Shown here: one piece after another, positions 46,991 to 57,375 of the stretch
Layout: each line of letters starts with the position of its first letter
Position numbering within the stretch: the first letter of the stretch is position 1
IMG/VR virus record: IMGVR_UViG_3300031885_000004
Span: 17,510-81,509 of that record
Length of the DNA stretch: 64,000 nucleotides
Source of the DNA: a virus
Reading direction: 5' to 3' (one strand)
The notes under the pieces: model-generated
Told to the model about the DNA's origin: nothing
Seen by the model: the letters and a program-made list of their open reading frames with translations, nothing else
Database searches by the model: none
Position numbers and translations under genes: made by a program

Positions 46991-48931
46991 ATGTCAAGGT
47001 TAGTAGAATACGTCAATCCTCATCCACATACAGTTCAGATAACTGGCCCCAATAAAGAAATTCATCGCATCCCAAAATATGCAAAAGTTGTCCTGTCTGA
47101 TTGGTATATTGATCGCTATACTCCAAAGTTCTTACGAGTTGCTAGGATACTTAGCGACCAAGGGCTGCCAAACCGATCAAATGGCGTTTCAGTACAAACA
47201 ACAAGACCGTACGTTCTTGGTGCGCAAGTTGCCGTGAGAGCACAAAAAATTAAGAATAGTGAGCATAGGATTATTAAAGCCACAGAAGGTATAAGAAACA
47301 TCGTAGATGGTGTCAGAAGTACCAGAAGTCAGAGGAAGGAGCTGATATCTAGGGGCCGCATAGTAGGTAGGACTATCCCAAATGCCTCGAAGATTTATAA
47401 CCAAGTAGTTCAAGACGTTTTTATTGCTATCAGCAATAATATTGGCGTCGGCATCATGAGTTATAACAGACTTGGGCCTCTCCAACGATTGGTGGACTCT
47501 ATCAGAAAATATACCGATCTTTCTAGAACAACTATATTCATAAGTGATGATGGATCAACCGATCCTAGCCTAAGACAATGGCTCTCTACGCAAGATGATA
47601 TGGTAGTGTTAAATAATCACGACAATCTTGGAGTAGCTGGCAATTCGAATAGATTACTAAATTGCCTCAAAAGATTTAAGCATAAAATAATATTAAATGA
47701 TGATGTAGAAATATTGTCGAATGGGTGGGAAAAATTTTATGCCGATGTTATGGCCAAAACCGGTCTCCACCATTTATGCTTTAGACAAGATGGGTTATGT
47801 GGCGCATCTAGGGGTGAAGGTCGCAAATCTGTGATCAACAATGTTTTGGTGCAGACCATAGGAGAGAAACCACATGGTGCTGTGATGGCATTTGATGACG
47901 TAGCGTTTGATAAAGTTGGGTATTTTGATAGTCAATTGGGCCATTATGGCATGGAACACGTTGATTGGTCAAACAGAGTTGGATTGTCTGGCATTCAACC
48001 AAGTGGATTTCACGACGCATCTGGTTCAGATAAGTTCTTTATAATACATAAAGAGCAGTCGGCTGCGACCAATCGAGGCGCTCACTTAAAAGAAAATCGA
48101 GCACTTTACAACCAGTTACAAAACGATAGGTCAAGAATATTAGTCCAATGTGCACCGCAATCTAATGTTCAATCGATTTCTGTTATTATTCCTATTAGAG
48201 ATGTTGGAAGGACTGGATCGGCCAATACTGTGATAAGTTGCTTGAAGGCACAAAAATTCCCAGATATTGAAATTATTGTAGTCGAACAGGATAGCGATAG
48301 ACGATTTGACTTTAAGCCGTCTAATCCGATAAAATATGTGTTTGTTGGTAATTCTAAGCCAAACCAGGAATTTAACAAATCAAAAGCTTTTAATAAAGGA
48401 GTGTTAATTTCTAATCATAATAAAATTATAATGCACGACGCCGACATAATAATACAAGCTAATTATATTAGAACGATATTTGGATTATTAGATGCATATG
48501 AAAGTTGCCATATAGGCGCTAGGGTATTATATATAGACACTACATCTACAACTAAATTGGCGCAAACTGGCAAAATAGGTAAGGACTATACATGCGAAAG
48601 AGCAGTTGGGTATTTTGAGGGTGGATCAATTGCGTGCAGAAAGGACACATTTTTCAAAGTTGGTGGATTTAACGAAGCATTCGAAGGCTATGGTTGCGAG
48701 GACTGCGATTTCTTCACTAGATTGAAAGATCACAGTCGTTTTTATAGTCAGCGTTCGATTGACATGCTGCATATGTGGCATTCTAGAGTCTCTGGGTGGG
48801 ATCGCAGGCATAAAATAAATAAAGATCTCATAGCGTCCATCGGTAAAACTATGAAGGGAAAGGTCTATATAAATCATCTGGTTGCCCAGATGCAAAACAA
48901 ATATCCAGAATCAAAGGCATTCTATGGCTAA
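46991..48931 (+). CDS. Two-domain GT-A glycosyltransferase (GT2 plus GT2/GT7-like)
   Basis: SYNR, DDGS, LNDD, YGMEHVDW; IPIR, VVEQD, HDAD, GGFNEAFEGYGCED. Confidence 0.9.
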   Translation: MSRLVEYVNPHPHTVQITGPNKEIHRIPKYAKVVLSDWYIDRYTPKFLRVARILSDQGLPNRSNGVSVQTTRPYVLGAQVAVRAQKIKNSEHRIIKATEGIRNIVDGVRSTRSQRKELISRGRIVGRTIPNASKIYNQVVQDVFIAISNNIGVGIMSYNRLGPLQRLVDSIRKYTDLSRTTIFISDDGSTDPSLRQWLSTQDDMVVLNNHDNLGVAGNSNRLLNCLKRFKHKIILNDDVEILSNGWEKFYADVMAKTGLHHLCFRQDGLCGASRGEGRKSVINNVLVQTIGEKPHGAVMAFDDVAFDKVGYFDSQLGHYGMEHVDWSNRVGLSGIQPSGFHDASGSDKFFIIHKEQSAATNRGAHLKENRALYNQLQNDRSRILVQCAPQSNVQSISVIIPIRDVGRTGSANTVISCLKAQKFPDIEIIVVEQDSDRRFDFKPSNPIKYVFVGNSKPNQEFNKSKAFNKGVLISNHNKIIMHDADIIIQANYIRTIFGLLDAYESCHIGARVLYIDTTSTTKLAQTGKIGKDYTCERAVGYFEGGSIACRKDTFFKVGGFNEAFEGYGCEDCDFFTRLKDHSRFYSQRSIDMLHMWHSRVSGWDRRHKINKDLIASIGKTMKGKVYINHLVAQMQNKYPESKAFYG

Positions 48932-49925
48932 GCTAACCATCTTTATCACCAATTCAAAATCTGGCGCATTTTATGAGATAGCCACCGGATGGTATAATTC
49001 ATTTAAATTGGGTGGTCATAATGTGACTATGTGGGATGGTGATCCACAGACATGGCACAGATTAATTCCTGATATTTTCATTGGATGTTCTGGATGGAGG
49101 CAAACGCCGCCGTCTGATCACAAAGCTAGGATAGCAATCCACGTCAATCCATATTGCAATTCGATAGTCCAAGTTCCTGGCGGTCCAGTCATAAACGAAG
49201 CAAAGGTGGCTATAGATTGGACGCTGCAACAAAAACCACTATTTGTATTTGGATATGGTACTCAAGAAGATGTCGAGAGATTATGGTTTAAATGGCATCA
49301 AAATCATGGAATAAATATTATTGGAATGCCAAATGCGGCTGATATAACCAAATATAAACCCATACCAAAAAATCATGATTATATATGCGATATTGGTTGG
49401 GTTGGCGGTTATTGGGGATATAAAGCAATCAACTTAGATAAATATTTAATTCCAATAGCTAAAAGACATCACACAATCTGGCTTGGATGGAGTGGCCCGT
49501 CAGGTCTGTGGAAAGGAAAAGCCACACAAGACCAAGTATTGTCGCTATTTAATTCGGCCAAAGTATGTCCTTGCGTTGTTGAGCCACACACAACTAAGTT
49601 TGGTATTGATATACCAGAAAGAATTTTTAAAGTCGCTGCGTGTGGGGCTTTGACGATATCAGATCCAATATATGGGATTGATAGGTTATTTAGCAAAGAC
49701 GTACTACCAACGGCCTCTGATCCATCAAGTTATCATCAACTCGTCGAAATGTATATTAATATAGACGAAGCTTCTAGAAAGAAACAAGCTAATATTATGA
49801 GATCTAAAGTATTACATGACCACACATACTTAAATAGAGCTCAAACATTTCTGCGGGCTTTTGGGTATAATAACGAAGCCAATGAATATGACATTCTTAT
49901 TTCCAAGGCTTGTGAAAACTTATAA
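48924..49925 (+). CDS. CgeB/YkvP-like GT-B glycosyltransferase
   Basis: DIGWVGG, ERIFKVAACGALTISD, HTYLNRA. Confidence 0.8.
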   Translation: MAKLTIFITNSKSGAFYEIATGWYNSFKLGGHNVTMWDGDPQTWHRLIPDIFIGCSGWRQTPPSDHKARIAIHVNPYCNSIVQVPGGPVINEAKVAIDWTLQQKPLFVFGYGTQEDVERLWFKWHQNHGINIIGMPNAADITKYKPIPKNHDYICDIGWVGGYWGYKAINLDKYLIPIAKRHHTIWLGWSGPSGLWKGKATQDQVLSLFNSAKVCPCVVEPHTTKFGIDIPERIFKVAACGALTISDPIYGIDRLFSKDVLPTASDPSSYHQLVEMYINIDEASRKKQANIMRSKVLHDHTYLNRAQTFLRAFGYNNEANEYDILISKACENL

Positions 49926-50241
49926 TCTTATCATAATTGTTACCATCAGCCTTAGATGCAGCTTTTAAGCATAAATCTTTGAAACTATCAACCTGCATTA
50001 GTTTATCAACCAAATATCCATATTTGGCATTTACGTCTTCTTCGTTAAAACTTGACGATCTCCACATATTAATCTTTTTAGAATACCACATTACGTTAGC
50101 TGTATCTACACCTCTTGCTATATTTATATAAATGGTTATTGTTATAGCTGTTCCGCATGATTCAATATTGCCTTCTATAAATATGTGTATATCTTCTGGT
50201 TGGTCGCTAAATTTCAATTCTTCGTATCGCCATCTACTCAT
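49897..50241 (-). CDS. Hypothetical protein
   Basis: 114-aa ORF. Confidence 0.5.
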   Translation of the reverse strand: MSRWRYEELKFSDQPEDIHIFIEGNIESCGTAITITIYINIARGVDTANVMWYSKKINMWRSSSFNEEDVNAKYGYLVDKLMQVDSFKDLCLKAASKADGNNYDKIISFHKPWK

Positions 50242-50268
50242 GCGTATTTAATCGATCAAGATTAACGT

Positions 50269-52312
50269 ATGTTTGAATATCAAATACAAGGTCTCAATCA
50301 GATGCGACGACATTCTGATGAATCTAAGCGGCTACGAGAATTCGCTGAATCCATAGAACACGACAAAAGAATGTTGGCGGAGTATTTAAGAGCCAGGGCC
50401 AAGGCTCTAATGACAGAGGATAGAAACGATTGGGACATAGCATGGAGAGCCCAAGCTAGAGCAGAAGAGGCCGAGTTAGTCAATGTAATTGATGAAATTG
50501 ATTATCTTGATTTTCCGATTATCTGGAATGGCAAAAAAGACATACCAACGGATCTATACATAACAATAAATGGGCACAATGTCCAACTATTAAGATCAGA
50601 GAACATAAAATTCGCATCAAGACAAATGATAGAAAACGCAATATCAGACGCACAAACTGTGCTAAATTGTTCTAATGCGAGTTCTTTAGTAGATAATTTG
50701 CATCACAAATTTAATGGTAAAACATGGAAAGTAATAGAAACGTGCGGCAAACAAATAGAGAAATTAATTGGCAACCGAGATAAGTAAAGGCGATAAGATT
50801 AGAGTAAGAAGCCACCAAATTAGCATTGGTGGAGTTAAGGTTTTAGTTGAGGGATTTACTGGTACATTTATAAATGAATACACTGGCACCGATGGTAAGG
50901 CATACGCTAATGTTAGTGGTAATAGTGTACATGCTGGTTATAGGACAGTTTTGTTAGAACATATTAGCCATCTAAACGAAAATGAAGAAACACCTAACTT
51001 TGACGGCGCGTCATACACCATCAGATGTGTTGAGTGCTACGAAGCAAGGAAGATTTCACCACAGAATTTGGGTAAAGTGAGGAGATGTATAGCATGTCAG
51101 AAGAAACACGATCGACTAACAGCGAGAGAGAGATCAAAACAGAGAAAGAAGTCAAAGTAAGAAAGGCTCAATTTAAAGATGAGCGCGGTAAATGGATAGA
51201 TATGCCAATGGTCGATTATAGGATCACGCCAGAAGTTACAGCATTTGAAGCAGCTCGACAGCAGAAAATGGTGACTAGGGTAATTGAACCAGACGGTAAA
51301 GGTGGCATAGTAGTGATAAAGATGTTTAGGAACCAAAAGCGGAGAAGTTAAATGAATGTTAAGCTTAGCCTAGAGCTTCAAAAGAAAATTAGAGATCTTA
51401 TCGGTGGTGATAAGTATTCTGCGTTGATGAAGTTAATCCAAGAGTATGGTATTATCATTGTCGACGGCGCGTCTGAAATCTTAATCAGCCTGCCGAAGAT
51501 TGAAATCTCAGCACCATTTCAAAAGCAGCTTGGGCCAGTTAGGCGATTTCAATTCCATTGTAAGATTAATGGCCAGGAATTAAACGACTTAACCAAAATT
51601 GAACTTGACCCGTTTGACTATTCAGACGGCAATCCATTAGAAGTCAGGCTTACTGTAAAGCCCGGAGGGTTGAAGCCACTTGATAATCAAGCTGAGGAGA
51701 TTGCGAGATGATAGAATCAGGATTAGTTAATATATTGTGCGACAATGAGGTCATTATCGCACAAGTTGTCGATAAAAATCAAAATTTATACAAGTCTCTG
51801 AATATCACAATGGGTGCAGTAAATGTTCTTGATGTGATAGAAGCCAAACCAAACGACAAGGGAGTCCTAGAATTGATTGGTGTGATAGAAGAAGGAATCC
51901 CACATAAAGAATTATTCTTCTTCAAGGATGCACAAGATTGGTCTGAAATATGTATTAAAGCGGGGTCTATGAGTGATAAGTGCATCATCCAAGGCTTGGC
52001 CATGCCGCATGGCCCACAACCAGGAGTCGTGGCCATAGCTTATATTGAAGGGTTTGATGTTCGAATCACATTTGGTAGTTTAATTCAAGCGATGCCAGAA
52101 GAATGACCTGCTGCTATCTTTGCGGTTCACCAGTAGAAACTAGGGATCCATCGCCGCTTATGGTCTTAATCACATGCGGCAGTAAGGAAAACCATATATT
52201 ATGTAGTCTATGTTCTGTGGCTTTAGATGAGGCAAGAAATAATCTACGAAGATCAGGAAAGACAACATTGCAAAAAGACTCAAATGGCATTATTTCAACT
52301 ATCATCGGTTAA
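50269..52312 (+). CDS. Run of small hypothetical genes (50269-50787, 50768-51160, ~51160-51351, 51352-51711, 51708-52106, 52103-52312)
   Basis: Abutting or overlapping plus-strand ORFs, several with CxxC motifs. Confidence 0.6.
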
Positions 52313-52333
52313 CTGTATTTTAACGAGGCAGTC

Positions 52334-52648
52334 ATGCGAGAGCCATTCGTATTCTACTGCGAAGGTGGGTGTCACATTTTTGTATTAGCCAATCTTGACA
52401 CTTCTCTAAACGGGGAACATGTGATCGTATGCCCGAAATGTCACCATAGACATTATAGAAAAGTTGAAAATGGTCAAATCACAGATTTCAGACACAGTAG
52501 GGGCGATGCTGTTGACACAATAGAACCGATGCCCTCCGCTGCCTTTCCCTCGCGTGAAGAGGCCATGAAGGCTATTCAGATAGATAGGGACCCATTTATG
52601 ATGGATCTTTGGGTCAGGAAGGCCCAAGACGAAGGCTGGAAACAATGA
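52334..52648 (+). CDS. Zn-ribbon hypothetical protein
   Basis: C..C, CPKCHHRH; GAGG SD. Confidence 0.7.
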   Translation: MREPFVFYCEGGCHIFVLANLDTSLNGEHVIVCPKCHHRHYRKVENGQITDFRHSRGDAVDTIEPMPSAAFPSREEAMKAIQIDRDPFMMDLWVRKAQDEGWKQ

Positions 52649-53013
52649 CTAGGCGTATTAAATCTAAAAGTGATGGGAATATAGCGTTATATGTTAATGG
52701 TGGATTTGCCAATAGCGAGACGCTGCTTTCAGATGTTATTGAAGCAATAAATAGCTTAAAAATAGATATAGCAAAACTTAAAAATAATACGCACCCACGT
52801 GGGCCGCACGATATAGTTTTTAGACCACAAGAAAAGCCAGTTAAAATCTTGAGATGCCGCATGCCATCTAACGGTGAAATAACCCCATCGCGCAAAGCCA
52901 AAAGAGATGACTTAGCCGAAATGCTTGGCCAAAAGAAATGTGTAGCGTGTAATCCGCTCGACCCCAAATGCAAGAAATGCAGTGGAACGGGATATGCAAA
53001 GGAGAAAAAATGA
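52645..53013 (+). CDS. Hypothetical protein with C-terminal CxxC/CxxCxGxG
   Basis: ATGA coupling to the upstream gene. Confidence 0.6.
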   Translation: MTRRIKSKSDGNIALYVNGGFANSETLLSDVIEAINSLKIDIAKLKNNTHPRGPHDIVFRPQEKPVKILRCRMPSNGEITPSRKAKRDDLAEMLGQKKCVACNPLDPKCKKCSGTGYAKEKK

Positions 53014-53261
53014 ATACTTCAACGCAAGAACCAGAAATTGGAATCATGCGGATTCTTGATATGAACGGTGATCGCCGGATAGTATGGCGCAAGAAGTCAA
53101 TTCCTGAAATCGAAGAAGCAAAGAAGGAATTTAGGAAGGCAATTATTGATGGTCATATTGCCTTCAAAGTAGATAATGGCGGCAGTAAAGGCGAGAAACT
53201 CACAGAGTTCGACCCCACCGCCGAAGAGATCATCTTAGTTCCCCCAATGGTAGGTGGATAA
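53010..53261 (+). CDS. Small protein ending in PPMVGG (C-terminal di-Gly)
   Basis: AAGGAG SD; ...FDPTAEEIILVPPMVGG-stop. Confidence 0.75.
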   Translation: MNTSTQEPEIGIMRILDMNGDRRIVWRKKSIPEIEEAKKEFRKAIIDGHIAFKVDNGGSKGEKLTEFDPTAEEIILVPPMVGG

Positions 53262-54001
53262 TGGTATACGGATATCCAACCAACGTAACTAATGCAATTG
53301 GCCCAAACCCACAAGCTGGTCCATCGGGATATTACTGGGCTGATTGTACAGCCAGCACCAACCAAGAATATACTGTTGGTAGTTATATCACTGTTGGGGC
53401 CACCACAGCCTCATGGATTACCAACATTGTTTATAATAATAGTACCACCAATGGCTATGTCTATACAACGCCATGGGAACAAGACGCAACTACTGCGTAT
53501 GCGGCAGCGAATATTACATGGTTGCCGCCGACAGCTAGAATGTTAAAACTAGAGAAACTTAAGAACCAGATTAGTGATCATACAATTTACAAGAGAATTG
53601 GTGTCGGAAAAGCTGGCAATGTAGCTGAGGAAAGATCAAGAGAATCACTTAAGGCGATAATTGGTCTAGATAGATATAAGAAATATCTAAAAGATGGTTT
53701 TGTAATGATTCATAGTCCACTTGGAAAGTTCTATCAAGTGTTCCCAGGCCACAAGATGACTGAATTTAAGGAAGATGGTAAGGTTACTAAGGAGAGATTG
53801 TGTATAGTCTTCAAGGATAAAGATTTGCCGCCTACAGACGTGTTGATCATGCGCATGATGATGATACTCGGCGATGAAGAGGGACTTAGGAAGATTGCAA
53901 ATATTCACGCGGTGGCACCGGCATACGAAAACGCTGGGATCTGGAATCAAATTGCTCCACCAATTCCGATGGTGCAACAACAAATGGTTGAAGCTGCATA
54001 G
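53261..54001 (+). CDS. Hypothetical protein coupled to the di-Gly protein
   Basis: TAATG coupling; LCIV...LPPTD...DE..LRKIAN. Confidence 0.7.
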   Translation: MVYGYPTNVTNAIGPNPQAGPSGYYWADCTASTNQEYTVGSYITVGATTASWITNIVYNNSTTNGYVYTTPWEQDATTAYAAANITWLPPTARMLKLEKLKNQISDHTIYKRIGVGKAGNVAEERSRESLKAIIGLDRYKKYLKDGFVMIHSPLGKFYQVFPGHKMTEFKEDGKVTKERLCIVFKDKDLPPTDVLIMRMMMILGDEEGLRKIANIHAVAPAYENAGIWNQIAPPIPMVQQQMVEAA

Positions 54002-54010
54002 GAGGAAATC

Positions 54011-54223
54011 ATGGGCGAGGTAAAATCGTCTATTCCGCAAACTCAAGAGAGCATCGATAGCGTCATCGATGATGTCGTGCGCAAGATTGCAATCAAAGAA
54101 AATGATCTCGAAGAAGAAAAGGGAAATGAAAAGAAGAACGAGAAAAGTATAGTTATCCTTAAAAGCGCTCTAAAGCTTCTCAACAGCGCGAAGAAGAAGC
54201 TAGACGAATATAAGAAAACATAA
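54011..54223 (+). CDS. Small coiled-coil protein
   Basis: AGGAGG SD. Confidence 0.65.
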   Translation: MGEVKSSIPQTQESIDSVIDDVVRKIAIKENDLEEEKGNEKKNEKSIVILKSALKLLNSAKKKLDEYKKT

Positions 54224-54225
54224 GT

Positions 54226-54564
54226 ATGCGTAAATCAGCCATTGCTACCCTCAAGAAGATGCTTGAAGATCAGAAGAAGCGTCTTCTTGAAAATGTTAAT
54301 TCTATGTCTAATTATCAGCAAGATGTTAATCGCGCTGATCGTAGTTCAGACGAAATAGATATGGAATATGCACACGCATTATCGTCTGAAGTGATTGAGC
54401 AGTATAACGCAAAATTGCAAGAAATAGAGTCTGCGCTTAATAAAATAAATCACGGAAAGTTTGGAATATGCAATGAGTGTGGCAAGATCATTGCAGATAA
54501 GCGTCTAAAGGTCATGCCAAGTGCTAGATTATGTTATAAATGCGCATCAGAAGCTGAGAGCTAA
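54226..54564 (+). CDS. DksA/TraR family C4 zinc-finger protein
   Basis: Coiled coil with DEID; FGICNECG..I...RL...P.A.LCYKC. Confidence 0.92.
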   Translation: MRKSAIATLKKMLEDQKKRLLENVNSMSNYQQDVNRADRSSDEIDMEYAHALSSEVIEQYNAKLQEIESALNKINHGKFGICNECGKIIADKRLKVMPSARLCYKCASEAES

Positions 54565-55520
54565 GTTTCCCACGGTATAGTATCAATTGGCGATTTGGCC
54601 GTACCAATAATTGATTCTTTAACATACCCAATGCCATTAGGTCCAACTATCTTACCTAAAATTGATCCTTTTATATCTGCGCTTTCTACCCACTCTTGCT
54701 CTAATTCAAGATCAACAGAATCACCATATAATGATTCGGCCTTAACAATCTTATAAACAACATTCACACATTCCCAGCTACGTCCTCCTAATGAAGATCG
54801 GCTGAATTCAGCCTTCGGGCTTGCAATTTCATCGTCGTAATCGTCTTCATATCGGCGGCGGTTACGTCTTCTTGGCCTACTATAACCAGATGGAGCATCC
54901 CATTTTACTCTAAGTGTCGCCACCAACCTAATTTGATCCCATGGAAAAGAATTAGCTAATTCCTTATCTGTGATGCCGAATTTATGCTGCGCTTGACCCT
55001 CGAATGTTATGCTAGCCGCACCTTGCGGATCAGTCCACTCAAGCTCATCACTACTATATTCCGGGAATTCTTCTGGCCCAGACATGGATGCTGGATAATA
55101 ACTACCAGACCAATGACCTTTAATTATAGCACTACCAGCATCGTCTATATCTGTGGTCGATGCTATGTGCGCTAATAACTGCTTGTTCGAAAGAGCCGCC
55201 AACAATGGTTGTGTTGAGGTGGTGGGTTGGAATGCCGCCGGGTTCTGCAGGAACGTCTGGAATGGCTTCCACCCACCCTTGAATACGTCGTAGTTAATTG
55301 GATAATTTTTTGCGATGATATCTATTGCTTGATCGATATCATGTCGGGACCACATCTGAGCTTTTAGTTTATCCTCTAATTGCTTTCTGGCTGTAGCAAC
55401 ATCCATAGCCGAAAGATTGATTTCGTCAACTATCTTCCTGACGTCAGAGGTGAGATCCTCATTTATGACGTCAGGATCTTCTGTAATCACATTGGCGATA
55501 TATTTAATATCATTTTTCAT
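54561..55520 (-). CDS. Hypothetical protein with ITEDPD leader
   Basis: MKNDIKYIANVITEDPDVINE; CAAAGATA 8 nt upstream. Confidence 0.8.
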   Translation of the reverse strand: MKNDIKYIANVITEDPDVINEDLTSDVRKIVDEINLSAMDVATARKQLEDKLKAQMWSRHDIDQAIDIIAKNYPINYDVFKGGWKPFQTFLQNPAAFQPTTSTQPLLAALSNKQLLAHIASTTDIDDAGSAIIKGHWSGSYYPASMSGPEEFPEYSSDELEWTDPQGAASITFEGQAQHKFGITDKELANSFPWDQIRLVATLRVKWDAPSGYSRPRRRNRRRYEDDYDDEIASPKAEFSRSSLGGRSWECVNVVYKIVKAESLYGDSVDLELEQEWVESADIKGSILGKIVGPNGIGYVKESIIGTAKSPIDTIPWET

Positions 55521-55805
55521 TATTAATATATCTTTGACATTATATTGTCCGTCTGACCGCCTTTTTGGTGGCTGGTCTTAGTCCGTATTGCCTCGCTTTA
55601 ACAACACGGACTGCACTTGAAGGCTGGATCGTAACTTGTGGTAGCTTATAATCACCGGAATGCTCGTGCGCAGCACCAACCTTATCCATCATATCGCATA
55701 TTTTTTGAATTGTGCATGGTGGCGTTGATGGATCTGTATCTGGGATCTTAGATCCAGACACAGAGTGAATAGACGCTTTGGCCGTTGGCCAAGCTTGCTT
55801 TTCAA

Positions 55806-56729
55806 CTAAGTTCCTTGGCCCGGAGGGCCGTCCACTCCCTTGTCTCCGCATGGGTCTGGCAAAAGCCCCATAAGAATTTTCTGCGGCTTAATCTTCGGAA
55901 AATAATCAAATGGCTTAACTTCTTGCAATATGCTGAATGGAACGACAATCCTAACGATGCCACTTATTGATAGGCTGACACTATCGTCAACAACAAATAT
56001 GGCAACCGTGGGTTTATTTCCAACTTCACTAGAATGAAGACTGAAGTATCCGCCTTTCAATGCTGCCCCATCCATCTTAACCCACACCTTTAAGGTGTCG
56101 TCGGCTGGGTCCCACATCGATTCTACGCGGACATTGTCAGATATGATCCTTGCGAACATTATTTTTCTCCGGTTTATTCATAGAATTGATGACAACTAGC
56201 GCTCGTAATCTTTCAACCATCTTTGGTAGGAATTCCGGATCAAATAGATCGTAAGTATGCTCGATGTAATTGTAATTTGCAGGATAGATTCCAACCATTG
56301 TGCTAGATCCATCTGGTCTATACATATACTCTATGTATCTCAATTTGTTCTTGGTGACTTTGAAGCTTCCCAAGTTAAAGCCGTTCTTGATAATATGACC
56401 ATTCTTATATTCGAATCCGTTGCATGTTAAATACTTAATTACTAATTCCTCAGCTTCTTGTTCGTGTTCACGCTCGTTGTTCATGAATCTGAAATACTAT
56501 CCCCACTTTCCCTGACCCAAGTACACAATTTCCGTCTCTTAATTCCAACCCATTTACCACATATCGTGCACAATACGAATTGCGCATTGTTTCTGACGCT
56601 TACCTTTTTGCATCTGTCTCCTTCGGACTTCCCTCTCGTGCACGTAACTTTAATCCATCCATCTTTAGTTACGAAAATCCAATGACCACCCCTTATAGAT
56701 GACAGCCATTTAGACAGCCATCCAAGCAT
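55806..56729 (-). CDS. Three coupled hypothetical genes (56481-56729, 56137-56484, 55806-56159)
   Basis: Overlapping starts and stops; CAAAAATA upstream of 56729. Confidence 0.6.
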
Positions 56730-56839
56730 ATCTTATTTTTGGTATGGCATTCAGCATTTTTCGATATCCCGAATGTCAATATTGCCGCGTTTTCGGTTTT
56801 CGACTCTGAGAAGCCAGATGGCATCATCAAAGATACTTC

Positions 56840-57361
56840 ATGAGGCTTTCTGAGCTAGTTGAAGACGTAAGCGGAATAATTAGCAAACCATACTTATATC
56901 ACGTAACGAGCAAGTCAAACCTTCCAGCGATACTTTCTAACGGCCTGATCCCATGCCGTAAGGGGGTGGTGTTCCTTAGCTACTCAATAGAGGCCGCCAA
57001 GAATTGGGCATCAGCCCTCGAAAGTTCACACCCAGTAATTATCAAGCTCAAGCTACAAGATTGCCTCCCGATCTATATGAGAGACTTCGTCTACACTTCT
57101 CCAGCTAAGATGTGGGGCCGCGATGCTGCAAATCCCGACGACGATAAGCCGCTACTTTATGCTAGATGGAGTAGCAAGCATGGAGGAGCAGGTGACCTAG
57201 TCAAGATAGAATCGATAGAGGAGTTTAAGGACTGGCTTGAAACGATCGAAGCATATAATGTCGACATCCATAGGGAACAAGTTAGCAACTATGATATGTT
57301 AGAGGTGATGGTTGACAGGCCAATACCACCATCGGCGATAACTGGCGTCATATCAGTTTGA
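56840..57361 (+). CDS. ART-fold-like protein with MRL..E leader
   Basis: MRLSELVE; LYHVT...NL..IL..GL.P...VFLS...A; late EV. Confidence 0.65.
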   Translation: MRLSELVEDVSGIISKPYLYHVTSKSNLPAILSNGLIPCRKGVVFLSYSIEAAKNWASALESSHPVIIKLKLQDCLPIYMRDFVYTSPAKMWGRDAANPDDDKPLLYARWSSKHGGAGDLVKIESIEEFKDWLETIEAYNVDIHREQVSNYDMLEVMVDRPIPPSAITGVISV

Positions 57362-57375
57362 GAATCTAGATCGTC

